This document shows positions 10,847 to 21,527 of a stretch of DNA of 64,000 nucleotides, piece by piece. A program made the position numbers and the translations under genes. The DNA is from Escherichia coli (GTDB lineage Bacteria; Pseudomonadota; Gammaproteobacteria; Enterobacterales; Enterobacteriaceae): assembly GCF_016903815.1 (NCBI RefSeq), contig NZ_CP069973.1. One strand, 5' to 3'. The notes beneath the pieces are model-generated. The model saw nothing but the letters and a program-made list of their open reading frames with translations, was not told where the DNA came from and searched no databases. Each line of letters opens with the position of its first letter. Position 1 is the stretch's first letter.

Positions 10847-11062
10847 TCATGAGTCTTTGATAAACTGATTTATCTTTGGATAGTTATACCAGATAATCCC
10901 TCGCTTACTGTCTGGCTTCCCTAAAGGAGATACTCGTTTGAAGTGGAAGCCTTCCACCCAACAGTTCTGGCGGTATGCTTCAATTTGTCTGGCCCCCAGA
11001 CCAGTGCGAAGCATCAGGCCGTATTCAACCATCCACTCTTCATTAAAGATTACTTGTGCCAT
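10847..11062 (-). CDS. xisR: excisionase XisR (YdaQ)
   Basis: 71 aa from the internal Met ([32 protein letters not shown]...), immediately upstream of int. Confidence 0.8.
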   Translation of the reverse strand: MAQVIFNEEWMVEYGLMLRTGLGARQIEAYRQNCWVEGFHFKRVSPLGKPDSKRGIIWYNYPKINQFIKDS

Positions 11063-11161
11063 CGCATCACCTCTGGCAGGCGCCAATGTTAGACTTAAAT
11101 TGACGCCCGATGTTGATTATTAATAATCAGCTATGAAGTTTTAATTTGAATACAATGCAAT

Positions 11162-11350
11162 TCACGAGGACTGAAGTTTCTCGCAATTAAAATTTATCAG
11201 TTTTACTTTCTGCTCTCTGGAAACGCCTGCTTCTTTTTTACCTGAGAGCATTTTTTCGCATTCTGATTTCGTTAGTTTAGATTTTGAATATCTTGTCCAG
11301 TTAGTAGGAGTGCCACCTTCCTTTTCAATAGTGGCGGTAATTTTATACAT
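11162..11350 (-). CDS. ydaC: Rac prophage protein YdaC
   Basis: 62 aa from MYKITATIEKEGGTPTNW..., with GGAGG 6 nt upstream of this ATG. The ORF track extends it to 11422. Confidence 0.65.
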   Translation of the reverse strand: MYKITATIEKEGGTPTNWTRYSKSKLTKSECEKMLSGKKEAGVSREQKVKLINFNCEKLQSS

Positions 11351-11387
11351 GAACACCTCCATTATTATTTCCAGTGGTTCGTTTATT

Positions 11388-11537
11388 TCATCGTTCGAGT
11401 GCTTCTTTTTCACTTCCACCATAACCGGTTCGGGATTCGCATCCGTTACACTTCGCTCGGTAATATCCTGAAATGGCTTTCACCGTTACTGATGGACAAC
11501 CACAAAATGGACATGGTTTAACATTGTCATATCTCAT
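11388..11537 (-). pseudogene. ralR: RalR (Lar) restriction-alleviation / type I toxin gene with a premature TGA
   Basis: The minus-strand product MRYDNVKPCPFCGCPSVTVKAISGYYRAKCNGCESRTGYGGSEKEALER stops at TGA, where I recall TGG (W50) in the 64-aa K-12 protein. The downstream frame would otherwise continue NKRTTGNNNGGVHV to 11343. Confidence 0.55.
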
Positions 11538-11592
11538 AATTTTTCTCATAAAAATATTTCAAGTTGGCGGTGCATTACACCGCCAGGCTGAA

Positions 11593-12402
11593 TTATTCCT
11601 CTGAATTATCGATTACACTGTATTCCCCGGTTAATACAGAGGAATCTGCAGGATCGATTGTCAGTGGTTCCTTTTCATCCATTGATACTGCACGCTGGAT
11701 CTCAATTGATACGGGCAGATATTTGAACAGGCGACGAATAGCCGTTTTCTTTGCCATTTCTTCCCAGTGAGTTACCCACGGCCCGTTATTACCAGCTTTA
11801 CTCTGGCTGCGCACCAGCTCAATCTGTTTGCGCGTCATAACTTCAAACTGAGTACCTCCGTCTTTCAGTCTTGCGACAGCATAGACGTGGGTAACAGGGG
11901 CATCTTCGTTTTCTCCTGGGCGGTGTATTAACTTTTCATCAAGGCCAAATTCGAAATTAAACTCGTCACCTTCACGGACAACACGGGCTGACAAGCTGGC
12001 GATTTGACCTGAACGGCGAGCCAGATCAATCATGCCGCGATAGCCAATGATTAGCTGAACGTTTTTTTTACCGCTCTTTTCGTTTTTATTACCAAAAGGC
12101 AGTAAATATGCATGACCGAGGGCGCTACCGGGCTCAAGTCCGAGCTGTGAACACTGTACGATTGCACTGACAAAACTCATAGTGTCACAGTTTCCTAACG
12201 CCGGAACTTTACGAATTTCTGTGGTGGCGATACGGATCATACGTTCAGCCGTCATATGGCGTGGAAGAGCTGCTGCCAGTTGCTCTTTCATTGATGGCTG
12301 GTTAATAAAACTAATCACGTCGTTATTTTTAATTGCTGCTGGTGCACGGTTTCCCTGAGTTTTTTGCAGATCGGCTTTTGCGATTGGTGGTTGCTTAGTC
12401 AT
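11593..12402 (-). CDS. recT: recombinase RecT (single-strand annealing protein)
   Basis: 269 aa from [23 protein letters not shown].... It overlaps the recE stop. Confidence 0.95.
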   Translation of the reverse strand: MTKQPPIAKADLQKTQGNRAPAAIKNNDVISFINQPSMKEQLAAALPRHMTAERMIRIATTEIRKVPALGNCDTMSFVSAIVQCSQLGLEPGSALGHAYLLPFGNKNEKSGKKNVQLIIGYRGMIDLARRSGQIASLSARVVREGDEFNFEFGLDEKLIHRPGENEDAPVTHVYAVARLKDGGTQFEVMTRKQIELVRSQSKAGNNGPWVTHWEEMAKKTAIRRLFKYLPVSIEIQRAVSMDEKEPLTIDPADSSVLTGEYSVIDNSEE

Positions 12403-14995
12403 TTGCATATTCCTTAGCCCAGCGGGGCAGTGATAACGTCTTAATAGCTGGCCATTCATCGGTATTGAGGCAGTCAGCCAGGGTTCGCAGATTGCGGTGA
12501 TATTCCAGCTGACCTGCCAGTTTTGCTTCTTCGCCCATCATGAAAATTTCAACCGGATAACGTCCGCATTCAATAGTTGTGCTGGCAACCAGAAAAACGA
12601 AAGTTGGCTGCACTCCAAACTGTGCTTCATAACCGTCACTGTAGAATGCATCCTGAACGTGATAGCGGTAGTCGTAATAAGCGGTTTTGAATCGTTGAAT
12701 ATCCGCCGTAGTTTTCACGTCCATGATCCAGTGAAATTCAGGGATAATTTTGTCCGGACGGCACCGACACAAAATTGCTGTTTCAGGATCTTCCCAGTAA
12801 ATTGATGATTCAGCGTGTCCGGCGCTTTCAACAAGCCATTGCCCCAGCGGCAAAGCCATAACGCTCTGATACATGAGTTCAATTTTCCGGCCTTCTTCGG
12901 CAGTGATAACCGTTTTTCCTGTGCTTGCGCATTCCCTCAGAAACGCTTTCTCTTCTTCTTTTCCGGAGTTTGTCCGGCGGTTAAATTCAGGTGCTACGAT
13001 AAAGCGGTTACTGAATTCTTCCGGCTCAAGTACCCGGCAGTGGAAAGCGGTTCCTAAATCGAGCGTTTTTGTCTTTGTGGTGTCCACGGGGGCATTTTTA
13101 CGCCACAAATACAGTGCCGGAGTATCAGCAATGTCATCGAGCTGAGACTTACTGACACCGGGACCCGCGTGGTAATTCTCATTCGAAATTCCGTAATAAA
13201 TACCTGGCTCTATGTCTTCTACGATTACGGGATCTGCGACTTCGCCAGTTTCATCACTGCAATCGCGATGCGGATCGCTGCCAGCATTCTCATTGTGCGG
13301 ATGTTCAGCGCCTTCCATTTCCTCCGGATCATTTTCCTTAGCTTCAACCTGACTCTCTTCATCGAATGTTTCCTGGTATGTTGCGTCGCCCATCACCGCA
13401 CCACAGTCAGGGCAGTTATCCCCGCCAGTCTGGCCGCAGGCATTGCAGGCTATTTCCGGTTCCTGTTGCACTACTGGCTCAGGTTGATTCATATCCGGGC
13501 TGGTTTTTTCCGTTTCTGGCTGGTTCTGGTACACACAATCGCGAGTCTGGATCCCCTTTACCCATTTCGGATCGTTCGGGTCGCTAATTCCGTCAACAAA
13601 TTCACCACGTGATGCAGCAAGCAATTTATCGGCATCGACAGGATTTTTTGATGGAATGTTTTTCCGGGCTTCATGGAGTTCTGCCCGCAGTTCCTGATAT
13701 TTCGCATCAACAGAATTTACCTGTGACTGAGCATCCAGCGGCTGCGTGTCCTGATGATGTTCAGTTGCGTCCGGTTCCATTGTTTCAGCCTCTCCCTGTT
13801 CAACTGCCGTTGTTCCAGATGGTTGCGGTTTTTCTTCATCATCCTGTTTTCCTTCTTCTGTTACTCGCTGCGGCATCGGGGCAGAGGAGCGACCGCAGGC
13901 AATATCCACGATTTCCGGATCAGGGTTGGCATGATCGGTTTCAGTCAGTACTTTGTTCAGATATTCAGTGACGTGCGCGGGGATGACCTCGATCCCAATT
14001 GGTGCTTCTTTTACGGACGCAACCACGATGGCGCGGGAATAATCCAGCCCGCCAGGCATGGTGATGAATTTGTCGCGGAAAACAGAAAAGGGCGGTTTAT
14101 TTTCAGCGATAATTTCCTCAATGCGTTTAGCGTGTGCCGGATGAAGGTTATAGATGTCCAGATCCATTGAACGGGCCAGTACGCCAGTGGCTACGTCGCG
14201 CGCCAGTGACGTCAGATCGTGTACGAAACCTTCGCCGCGATCGGTGAGGTTTCCGCCGCCAGCATTAGCACCGGAAGCCGTGCGAGTGATGTGTGAAACA
14301 CGATTACCCTTCATCCACTCTTTTGTCAGCAGTCCTCGATCGGTGTAGTCAGCGTTCAGGTATGCTTCGAAAAAAGCAGTTATCAGTCCCAGGTTTGAAT
14401 TACCAGGATTAGGGAAAACTTTGTCAGTGTCACGAACCAGTTTGTGGAGTTCGCGAATTTCCAGCGGGTCGAGCAGGCTGGTTTTGTGGGAAACAGCCAG
14501 GGCAGTAACAGCCGGTAGTTCTTCAGCCCGAGCAATGTGTAATGCCTGGAGTCCGTCGCGTGAAACGTGCGTTACCGGTTTTTCGCTGCCGTGTTGAGCA
14601 AGCCAACGAATGGGCAGTTCCTGGCCAGAAATTGGGAGTAGCATATTCTCCTCAATCTCAGTCATGTCTTCGCCGTTGACGTTGGTATTGCCTTGATAGT
14701 GAGCGTTGTCTGGTGCTGCTCCCGGTTTTAGTTCCCATGTCATGGAGTCTTTGCTGAGTTGATAGCGTTCACTCCAGGTAAAATCGATCTCACCTTCAGC
14801 GGGCAGGTCATTAACGACAGGAAAATTCGTGGCAACAGCTTTAAAATAGCTGCTCAGTTTTTTACCTGACTTAACGATCAGGTAGTCCAGAGTGGCACAG
14901 GTCGATTCAAAATCGTTGCTTGCCCACAGGACGACGTCAGGTTCACCGGATGATTTTTTCGCTTTCCGTAACAGGAAGAGTGGTTTTGTGCTCAT
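12395..14995 (-). CDS. recE: exodeoxyribonuclease VIII RecE, full length
   Basis: 866-aa ORF ([29 protein letters not shown]...) with the C-terminal nuclease domain. Confidence 0.95.
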   Translation of the reverse strand: MSTKPLFLLRKAKKSSGEPDVVLWASNDFESTCATLDYLIVKSGKKLSSYFKAVATNFPVVNDLPAEGEIDFTWSERYQLSKDSMTWELKPGAAPDNAHYQGNTNVNGEDMTEIEENMLLPISGQELPIRWLAQHGSEKPVTHVSRDGLQALHIARAEELPAVTALAVSHKTSLLDPLEIRELHKLVRDTDKVFPNPGNSNLGLITAFFEAYLNADYTDRGLLTKEWMKGNRVSHITRTASGANAGGGNLTDRGEGFVHDLTSLARDVATGVLARSMDLDIYNLHPAHAKRIEEIIAENKPPFSVFRDKFITMPGGLDYSRAIVVASVKEAPIGIEVIPAHVTEYLNKVLTETDHANPDPEIVDIACGRSSAPMPQRVTEEGKQDDEEKPQPSGTTAVEQGEAETMEPDATEHHQDTQPLDAQSQVNSVDAKYQELRAELHEARKNIPSKNPVDADKLLAASRGEFVDGISDPNDPKWVKGIQTRDCVYQNQPETEKTSPDMNQPEPVVQQEPEIACNACGQTGGDNCPDCGAVMGDATYQETFDEESQVEAKENDPEEMEGAEHPHNENAGSDPHRDCSDETGEVADPVIVEDIEPGIYYGISNENYHAGPGVSKSQLDDIADTPALYLWRKNAPVDTTKTKTLDLGTAFHCRVLEPEEFSNRFIVAPEFNRRTNSGKEEEKAFLRECASTGKTVITAEEGRKIELMYQSVMALPLGQWLVESAGHAESSIYWEDPETAILCRCRPDKIIPEFHWIMDVKTTADIQRFKTAYYDYRYHVQDAFYSDGYEAQFGVQPTFVFLVASTTIECGRYPVEIFMMGEEAKLAGQLEYHRNLRTLADCLNTDEWPAIKTLSLPRWAKEYAND

Positions 14996-15096
14996 TGTTT
15001 TTTAACCTCAACTCAGATTAAAATTCGTTTTGTTCAGTGAATGATCTTGCCGGATACACACTGTTCATAGCCTGCGTCATACGCAGGCTATTTCTT

Positions 15097-15372
15097 TCAG
15101 ATTTCACCTTTTAATTTCATTGCAATTAGAGTTGCCAGAAATTCGGCTTTTTTTTCTGTGGGCAGATTCTTTCCGATATGCACCAGGCACATTTTTTTGA
15201 CACCTTCATCAAGTGTTTTTACGTTGCCTGATGGACCATCGATATCAACCACAGTGAATGGGGTTTCTTTATTTTCTGTTTTAATTACGTAGCCAATGCG
15301 CTTTCCTTCCAGATTCACCTCGTGAACAATGTCATCGGTAGTTACAACAGTGGCTTCATAATTGGTAATCAT
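15097..15372 (-). CDS. racC: RacC
   Basis: 91 aa from MITNYEATVVTTDDIVHEVNLEGKRIGY.... Confidence 0.85.
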   Translation of the reverse strand: MITNYEATVVTTDDIVHEVNLEGKRIGYVIKTENKETPFTVVDIDGPSGNVKTLDEGVKKMCLVHIGKNLPTEKKAEFLATLIAMKLKGEI

Positions 15373-15446
15373 GTTTTTCTCCTTAATTAAGGTTGAGCGA
15401 ATACCTGCCATTTCTGGCATAAATTCAGTTTCGAATAGTCAATTAA

Positions 15447-15617
15447 TTAAAGTTCATGTGCCATCTGGTCTTTTTCGGCACAAGCTTCACTGCAATATTT
15501 TCTCGGTTCGTCTTTTGATAAAATCCCGTGCATGAAGTGAAGCATTCTTTCAATAGCTTTGCTTTCTTCAACGTCTTTTTTGCAAAGGTGGTAAGCACAT
15601 TTTATTTTCTTAGTCAT
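15447..15617 (-). CDS. ydaE: YdaE, small Cys-rich (metal-binding) protein
   Basis: 56-aa minus-strand [59 protein letters not shown]. It is below the track cutoff and abuts kilR. Confidence 0.8.
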   Translation of the reverse strand: MTKKIKCAYHLCKKDVEESKAIERMLHFMHGILSKDEPRKYCSEACAEKDQMAHEL

Positions 15618-15838
15618 CACCATGACTCCGCCTTTACAGGTAAACCATCACGACCGAGGAAGACTTTAATCATGCGGTCAGTAATGCATGTTTTTGTGGT
15701 CAGGTTACGAATATATAGTTTTCGCTTTTTAATATTGTTTGCCGAGGCAATATATGTCCGGCCTTCATGAAGAACATAATCGCCAGGAGTCACACACTGA
15801 CGTGGTATTTCATCAGTTCCGAAGTGATGTGCAATCAT
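15617..15838 (-). CDS. kilR: KilR, FtsZ-directed cell-division inhibitor
   Basis: 73 aa from [35 protein letters not shown].... Confidence 0.85.
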   Translation of the reverse strand: MIAHHFGTDEIPRQCVTPGDYVLHEGRTYIASANNIKKRKLYIRNLTTKTCITDRMIKVFLGRDGLPVKAESW

Positions 15839-16279
15839 AATTATCTCCATTTTTACAAATGAACTTTGTTGATGCGGTGCCTGGTGCCTCCAGGTGACTG
15901 CAACCAGTTAACAATTACAGTCGGCTTTCCCACCCAAACCAATAAGGACTAACATGACTTTTAACTGTGCCACGTGCGCTTAGCCGCATTCACCGCATCA
16001 CAAAATTCACTTTAAAAAGGGCGGACATCAGCCGAACTTCAAGAAAAAAACTGATGCCGCCAGGACTACACACAGCAATGTCGTTATTTACAACCGGAGG
16101 CGCACTCCCACCATTTAAATTTAACAGACAAGACCGACTCTTTATGGATATCGGAAATGCGCCTTCGTGTTGTGCCCGGTTTTATTTCACCACCTCCGGG
16201 CTTCGGTGGTCTCGGCTATACCCCTACAGCGAGAGCTTGTGTTAACATTTCAATACCCTTACAGTTGAGAGTTATTGAT

Positions 16280-16768
16280 ATGTTGGATGTATTTACTCCA
16301 TTGTTGAAACTTTTTGCTAACGAGCCACTCGAAAGACTTATGTATACGATTATCATTTTTGGTCTCACTCTCTGGCTGATACCGAAAGAGTTTACTGTCG
16401 CATTCAATGCTTATACTGAAATACCTTGGCTCTTTCAGATTATCGTTTTTGCCTTTTCTTTCGTGGTCGCCATTTCCTTCTCAAGATTGCGAGCACATAT
16501 TCAAAAGCATTATTCATTACTACCAGAGCAACGAGTATTGCTTCGTTTATCTGAGAAAGAAATCGCTGTATTTAAAGATTTCCTTAAAACAGGAAATCTT
16601 ATTATCACTTCTCCTTGCCGTAACCCGGTTATGAAAAAATTAGAACGGAAGGGCATCATTCAACATCAGAGTGATAGCGCAAACTGTTCTTATTATCTCG
16701 TCACCGAAAAATACTCCCATTTTATGAAGTTATTCTGGAACAGCAGGAGTAGACGTTTTAATCGTTAG
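16280..16768 (+). CDS. sieB: superinfection exclusion protein SieB
   Basis: 162 aa from MLDVFTPLLKLFANEPLERLMYTIIIFGLTLWLIPKEF..., with 2 TM helices. It is oriented opposite to the early-left operon. Confidence 0.85.
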   Translation: MLDVFTPLLKLFANEPLERLMYTIIIFGLTLWLIPKEFTVAFNAYTEIPWLFQIIVFAFSFVVAISFSRLRAHIQKHYSLLPEQRVLLRLSEKEIAVFKDFLKTGNLIITSPCRNPVMKKLERKGIIQHQSDSANCSYYLVTEKYSHFMKLFWNSRSRRFNR

Positions 16769-16920
16769 CTTACTGTGTGCTTCTCCAACCATCGGCGCGC
16801 ACCAGTTTCGGTTTTAAATGTTTTGCTTTTGGTATACGTCATGGCAGTGAACGTTCCATCCTGGTTGGGGAACACGCCGCACACCAGGGATTCGTTGTTG
16901 CCGAGGTCGATTTTTTGCAT
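16765..16920 (-). CDS. ydaF: YdaF
   Basis: 51-aa minus-strand ORF MQKIDLGNNESLVCGVFPNQDGTFTAMTYTKSKTFKTETGARRWLEKHTVS. Confidence 0.7.
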   Translation of the reverse strand: MQKIDLGNNESLVCGVFPNQDGTFTAMTYTKSKTFKTETGARRWLEKHTVS

Positions 16921-16930
16921 TTTGCGAATC

Positions 16931-17065
16931 TCACATCTTGTTGCTACGTATAGCGACTTCTGCCTGCCAGAGATCCCAGTCGTTGCTGCGTAAAGCCTGC
17001 ACAGCCTGGTTGTAAGTGATACCGCAACAATCCATCAAATACTGAACTACTTCGTAATGCACCAT
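16931..17065 (-). CDS. ydaG: YdaG
   Basis: 44-aa minus-strand ORF MVHYEVVQYLMDCCGITYNQAVQALRSNDWDLWQAEVAIRSNKM. Confidence 0.7.
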   Translation of the reverse strand: MVHYEVVQYLMDCCGITYNQAVQALRSNDWDLWQAEVAIRSNKM

Positions 17066-17236
17066 CTTATCTATCCCCTTAACGCCGGGTGGCGGAACTA
17101 ACTGCTGCACTGCAAAATTTGAATCCCGCCGTCATGTTCATACGCCTCGGGCTGGCTACTTAACCCCTGACCACTGCCTGGTAACTCGAAGTATTGCCCG
17201 GCGTTCTGTGGGGCGGGGTGGGTTGGTAGGTATATA

Positions 17237-17277
17237 ATGTACTTTGTGTTCATCATTGTAAAGTACTTTAAGTACAT
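17237..17277. promoter_or_regulatory. candidate left operator cluster (ATGTACT / AAGTACTT / AGTACAT)
   Basis: ATGTACT at 17237, the palindrome AAGTACTT at 17262 and the inverted copy AGTACAT at 17271. All lie in the intergenic region downstream of the repressor gene, and the same 7-mer recurs in the repressor/cro intergenic region. Confidence 0.35.
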
Positions 17278-17352
17278 TTTATGTATAAAAAAATGAGACG
17301 GGATAAAGTGAAGCACAAACCCGGAGGGGGACGCTACCGGATTTATGCTGGT

Positions 17353-17772
17353 TTAAGAGGCTTTTTGTTTTTTCTTTCGTGCTAACTCTTCGTAAATTGC
17401 ATTGTACTTCTGTTTTTTCTCCTCAAGAGTTTTTAAAAGTTCATCTGTCTCACTGTCAGGGAGCTCGTCCAGAAGGTCAATGATGATTTTTTGTCTTGGA
17501 TTTAACTCCTGATAGAAACGTATCTGTCCACTTTCTTCTGTATCCTCTCCCAAAAGATAGGTTGGTGTTGTTCCAATGAGTGTTGCTAATTCCCTTAATT
17601 TCTCTCGGCGAGGAATTGTTTCACCATTAAACCATTTGCTAACCGCTTTTGGTGTTAATTTCATTCGACGGGCAATTTCTGCCTGCCTTCCATGTTGTTC
17701 ATAACCAGCGTTTTCACAGGCTAGCGCAAGCCTACTGGCGAACTCTTTACGCGCTTTATCTTCATGAACCAT
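17353..17772 (-). CDS. prophage repressor, XRE-family HTH (RacR position)
   Basis: 139-aa ORF with an N-terminal HTH (RQAEIARRMKLTPKAVSKWFNGETIP) and an acidic/coiled C-terminus. It is divergent from the cro-like ydaS and lacks an S24 peptidase domain. Confidence 0.8.
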   Translation of the reverse strand: MVHEDKARKEFASRLALACENAGYEQHGRQAEIARRMKLTPKAVSKWFNGETIPRREKLRELATLIGTTPTYLLGEDTEESGQIRFYQELNPRQKIIIDLLDELPDSETDELLKTLEEKKQKYNAIYEELARKKKQKAS

Positions 17773-17806
17773 AAGTTCAATGATATTCGCTCTTGAATGT
17801 ACTGTC

Positions 17807-17827
17807 AGTTCTGTTATAGCATGTACT
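17807..17827. promoter_or_regulatory. candidate right operator pair (2 x ATGTACT, 14-bp period)
   Basis: ATGTACT at 17807 and at 17821, in the 79-bp divergent intergenic region between the repressor and ydaS. Confidence 0.35.
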
Positions 17828-17851
17828 CAAAGTTCACATTGTGAGGGTGAT

Positions 17852-18106
17852 ATGAACCAGAAAACACTTGAAGATGTAATCAAAACTGTTCGCGTTTCTG
17901 TTGTGGCCGACGTTTGTGGTGTCAGCCAAAGAGCAATCTACAAATGGATGGATAACGGAAAATTGCCTCGCACAGAATATACCGGCGAAACAAATTACGC
18001 TGAAAAAATCGCTCATGCATCAAACGGATTATTTTCTGCCGATGCAATTTTAACTATTGGCAGAAATAAAACTACTACGAAAAAGCTGATGGGAGTTGAT
18101 TCATGA
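17852..18106 (+). CDS. ydaS: Cro-like HTH protein YdaS
   Basis: 84 aa from MNQKTLEDVIKTVRVSVVADVCGVSQRAIYKWMDNGKLP..., with SD GAGGGTGA upstream. Confidence 0.8.
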   Translation: MNQKTLEDVIKTVRVSVVADVCGVSQRAIYKWMDNGKLPRTEYTGETNYAEKIAHASNGLFSADAILTIGRNKTTTKKLMGVDS

Positions 18107-18525
18107 AAATCAAGCATGAGCACATCGAATCAGTGTTGTTAGCCCTGGCAGCCGAAAAAGGGCAGGCGTGGGTCGCTAACGCAATTACTGAAGAATATCT
18201 GCGCCAGGGGGGCGGCGAATTGCCCCTGGTACCAGGCAAGGACTGGAACAATCAGCAGAATATCTATCATCGTTGGTTGAAAGGTGAAACGAATGCGCAA
18301 AGGGAAAAAATTCAGAAACTGATCCCTGCGGTTCTGGCAATTCTTCCTCGCGAGCTGCGTCACCGACTCTGCATCTTCGATACCCTGGAACGCCGTGCAT
18401 TACTGGCGGCACAGGATGCACTGAGTACGGCAATTGATGCGCATGATGATGCAGTCCAGGCCGTTTACCGTAAAGCACATTTCAGCGGCGGCGGTTCTCC
18501 TAGCGATTCTGTCGTAGTGCATTGA
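18103..18525 (+). CDS. ydaT: YdaT (CII-analogue regulator)
   Basis: 140-aa ORF MKIKHEHIESVLLALAAEKGQAWVANAITEEYLRQGGG..., with a 4-nt overlap with ydaS. Confidence 0.85.
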   Translation: MKIKHEHIESVLLALAAEKGQAWVANAITEEYLRQGGGELPLVPGKDWNNQQNIYHRWLKGETNAQREKIQKLIPAVLAILPRELRHRLCIFDTLERRALLAAQDALSTAIDAHDDAVQAVYRKAHFSGGGSPSDSVVVH

Positions 18526-18602
18526 TTGAAATTAATCGTACCGAACTGTTTTGTTCGGTATCAGTTAAATGTAACGCTGCGAGCGTTACAAGGTGAAAAC
18601 AA

Positions 18603-19391
18603 ATGGCTTCAAACTGGATAAAGCTCGAAGTTATTACGCCGGATAAGCCGGAAATATTCAGGCTTGCTGAGATTCTGAATATTGATCCAGATGCCGCATT
18701 AGGGAAAGTCATTCGCTTCTGGGCATGGGCGGATCAACAAATGATAGACGGTAACGCAGAGTGTAACGCTCGCGGCGTTACAAAAAGTGCAATAGATCGC
18801 ATCACTTTTATGGCTGGTTTTGCTGATGCGTTAATTCAGGTTGGATGGCTGGTCGAAACTAATGGTGTGTTGTCGCTTCCTAACTTTGAGCGCCATAACG
18901 GGAAAAGCTCTAAAAAACGGGCGGTTACAAACGAGAGAGTAACAAAAATACGAGAACTGAAACGAAAAGGTAACGCTGCCAGCGTTACAAAAACGGATCA
19001 AAAAGCGTTACCAGAGGAAGAGAAAGAGGAAGATATAAATACTTATCTCCCCCTAAATCCCCCTCGCCAAAAACGAGCGTCTAAAAAATTCGAACCGGAG
19101 GCTATCGAGCTGCCTGACTGGTTGCCGGAAACACTCTGGCATGAGTGGGTTCAGTTCAGGCAGGCATTGCGAAAACCGATTCGAACGGAGCAGGGCGCTA
19201 ACGGGGCGATACGGGAGCTGGAAAAATTCCGCCAGCAGGGTTTTTCACCTGAGCAGGTGATTCGACACAGCATCGCCAACGAATACCAGGGCTTGTTCGC
19301 GCCGAAAGGTGTTCGACCTGAGACGTTACTCCGACAGGTTAACACCGTCTCGTTACCGGATAGTGCGATCCCGCCAGGCTTCAGGGGGTAA
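18603..19391 (+). CDS. ydaU: replication initiation protein YdaU-like (DUF1376 family)
   Basis: 262-aa ORF at the O-protein position, immediately upstream of the DnaC-like loader. Confidence 0.75.
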   Translation: MASNWIKLEVITPDKPEIFRLAEILNIDPDAALGKVIRFWAWADQQMIDGNAECNARGVTKSAIDRITFMAGFADALIQVGWLVETNGVLSLPNFERHNGKSSKKRAVTNERVTKIRELKRKGNAASVTKTDQKALPEEEKEEDINTYLPLNPPRQKRASKKFEPEAIELPDWLPETLWHEWVQFRQALRKPIRTEQGANGAIRELEKFRQQGFSPEQVIRHSIANEYQGLFAPKGVRPETLLRQVNTVSLPDSAIPPGFRG

Positions 19392-19397
19392 CTGACC

Positions 19398-20144
19398 ATG
19401 AAAAATATTGCGACAGGCGACGTTCTTGAACGTATCCGCAGACTGGCCCCGTCACATGTAACCGCGCCATTCAAGACGGTAGCGGAGTGGCGCGAGTGGC
19501 AACTTTCCGAAGGCCAGAAACGTTGTGAGGAGATCAACCGTCAGAATCGTCAGTTGCGGGTGGAAAAAATTCTGAATCACTCTGGCATCCAGCCATTGCA
19601 CCGCAAATGCTCGTTTTCGAATTACCAGGTGCAGAACGAAGGGCAGCGATACGCGTTGAGTCAGGCGAAATCCATCGCTGATGAACTGATGACCGGGTGT
19701 ACAAATTTTGCGTTCAGCGGAAAACCTGGTACCGGGAAGAACCACTTAGCGGCAGCTATCGGGAATCGCCTGCTGAAAGACGGTCAGACAGTGATTGTGG
19801 TTACCGTGGCTGATGTTATGAGTGCCCTGCACGCCAGCTATGACGACGGGCAGTCAGGCGAAAAATTTTTGCGGGAACTGTGCGAAGTGGATCTGCTGGT
19901 TCTTGATGAAATTGGCATTCAGCGCGAGACGAAAAACGAGCAGGTGGTACTGCACCAGATTGTTGATCGCCGGACAGCGTCGATGCGCAGCGTGGGGATG
20001 CTGACAAACCTGAACTATGAGGCCATGAAAACATTGCTTGGCGAGCGGATTATGGATCGCATGACCATGAACGGCGGGCGATGGGTGAATTTCAACTGGG
20101 AGAGCTGGCGTCCGAATGTCGTCCAGCCAGGAATTGCGAAGTAA
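19398..20144 (+). CDS. ydaV: DnaC/IstB-like helicase loader YdaV
   Basis: 248-aa ORF with Walker [12 protein letters not shown] and Walker B LLVLDEIG. Confidence 0.85.
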   Translation: MKNIATGDVLERIRRLAPSHVTAPFKTVAEWREWQLSEGQKRCEEINRQNRQLRVEKILNHSGIQPLHRKCSFSNYQVQNEGQRYALSQAKSIADELMTGCTNFAFSGKPGTGKNHLAAAIGNRLLKDGQTVIVVTVADVMSALHASYDDGQSGEKFLRELCEVDLLVLDEIGIQRETKNEQVVLHQIVDRRTASMRSVGMLTNLNYEAMKTLLGERIMDRMTMNGGRWVNFNWESWRPNVVQPGIAK

Positions 20145-20166
20145 TTTTTACCGGGAGAAAAATTTA

Positions 20167-20928
20167 ATGGAGACTGTTTTTGACGTACTGAAAGCAATGG
20201 GAAAAGCCACATCCATAGAACTTGCTGCGCGACTTGATATCAGTCGTGAAGAAGTGCTGAACGAACTATGGGAACTGAAAAAGGCTGGTTTCGTTGATAA
20301 AAGCGCGTACACCTGGCGTGTGGCTGATAACAACGTTCAGCAGGAACAGCCAGCGCCGGCAGAACTGCCGGAAGAAACTACCACGGCAACAGTCGCGAAA
20401 ATTTCAGAGAGCGATTTAACTGCGACGATTGAACAACGTGGACCACAAACGGCGGATGAGCTGGCTACATTGTTTGGTACCACATCACGCAAAGTGGCTT
20501 CAACGCTGGCAATGGCAATCAGCAAAGGTCGTCTGCTTCGCGTAAATCAGGGCGGTAAATTTCGTTACTGCATACCGGGCGATAATTTACCAGCAGAGCC
20601 GAAAGCAGCATCGGTAGCGGAAACTGCTGGTAAGGCCTTTCCTCAGCCCGCAGGTGTTGCGTTACCAGTACAGGAGGCTGCAACACAGGAAGATATTAAA
20701 ACAGAAACTGTGGCGGACATTGTGCAGTCGCTGCCATCGTTTACTGAAACGCGAGCGGATGACCTGGTTTTACCATCACTGCATATGGCAAACCGCGAAC
20801 TGCGTCGGGCGAAAAATCATGTCCAGAAGTGGGAGCGTGTCTGCGCCGCGCTGCGGGAGCTGAACAAGCACAGGGATATTGTACGACAGATTACTGATTC
20901 TTCCCGCCATGTTGCATCGGAAAAGTGA
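20167..20928 (+). CDS. YdaW-like protein (winged-helix N-terminus, DUF1627-like), apparently intact
   Basis: 253 aa from [43 protein letters not shown].... Confidence 0.65.
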   Translation: METVFDVLKAMGKATSIELAARLDISREEVLNELWELKKAGFVDKSAYTWRVADNNVQQEQPAPAELPEETTTATVAKISESDLTATIEQRGPQTADELATLFGTTSRKVASTLAMAISKGRLLRVNQGGKFRYCIPGDNLPAEPKAASVAETAGKAFPQPAGVALPVQEAATQEDIKTETVADIVQSLPSFTETRADDLVLPSLHMANRELRRAKNHVQKWERVCAALRELNKHRDIVRQITDSSRHVASEK

Positions 20929-20943
20929 TTGCCGGAGGCACCT

Positions 20944-21366
20944 ATGGCAAAAGTATTTACACCAGAAGAGCGGGAAAAAATTAAAGGGCAGGTTGTTGAA
21001 CTTGTACGTCTGAGCGGTCGCGAGACGTTACGGGCTCTGGAGGCTAAAACCGGTGCATCAAGGTATTACATAAGCACTCTCGCCAGAGAACTGGTCGCCA
21101 GTGGTGATGTTTACAATTCAGGCTACGGATTATTCCCGTCTGAGCAGGCGCGTAAAGACTGGCAAAACGCCCGCAAAAAACTATCGAGGGCAAAGGTGAA
21201 GAAACCTGCTGTAGTTGATCCGGACCTTATCTGGTCATTACCAGACGGAGAAATACGCCGCTATGACAGGCGTCTGAATATAATCTGTCGCGAGTGCCGG
21301 AAGAGCGAAGTCATGCAGCGTGTACTGGCGTTCTATCAGGGTAATTTTCAGGATGTGCTGTTGTGA
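20944..21366 (+). CDS. hypothetical phage protein (winged-helix-like N-terminus)
   Basis: 140 aa from MAKVFTPEEREKIKG..., with SD GGAGG 5 nt upstream of ATG 20944. Confidence 0.55.
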   Translation: MAKVFTPEEREKIKGQVVELVRLSGRETLRALEAKTGASRYYISTLARELVASGDVYNSGYGLFPSEQARKDWQNARKKLSRAKVKKPAVVDPDLIWSLPDGEIRRYDRRLNIICRECRKSEVMQRVLAFYQGNFQDVLL

Positions 21367-21527
21367 GCCAAATTAACAATCAGGGAACTGCGTGAACTGA
21401 AAGAGAAATCATAATCCAAATCTGAATAATTAAATTTAGCACTGTAAATAAAATTTAATCCTTAACCGGAGGGGGGGGCTGCACCCTCAAAATATTAGGA
21501 GGCGGCCCGAAAGGGCGGTAATGAAAA

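Noticed and set aside
12497-14348. Series of 64-147-aa plus-strand ORFs antisense to recE
   Set aside because: They all lie inside the full-length, well-conserved recE frame, and none has a convincing start context.
15851-16279. 430-bp gap between kilR and sieB, examined for an N-like antiterminator ORF or nut site
   Set aside because: Only 12-15-codon minus-strand ORFs are present. Several short hairpins exist, but none matches a boxA/boxB arrangement convincingly.
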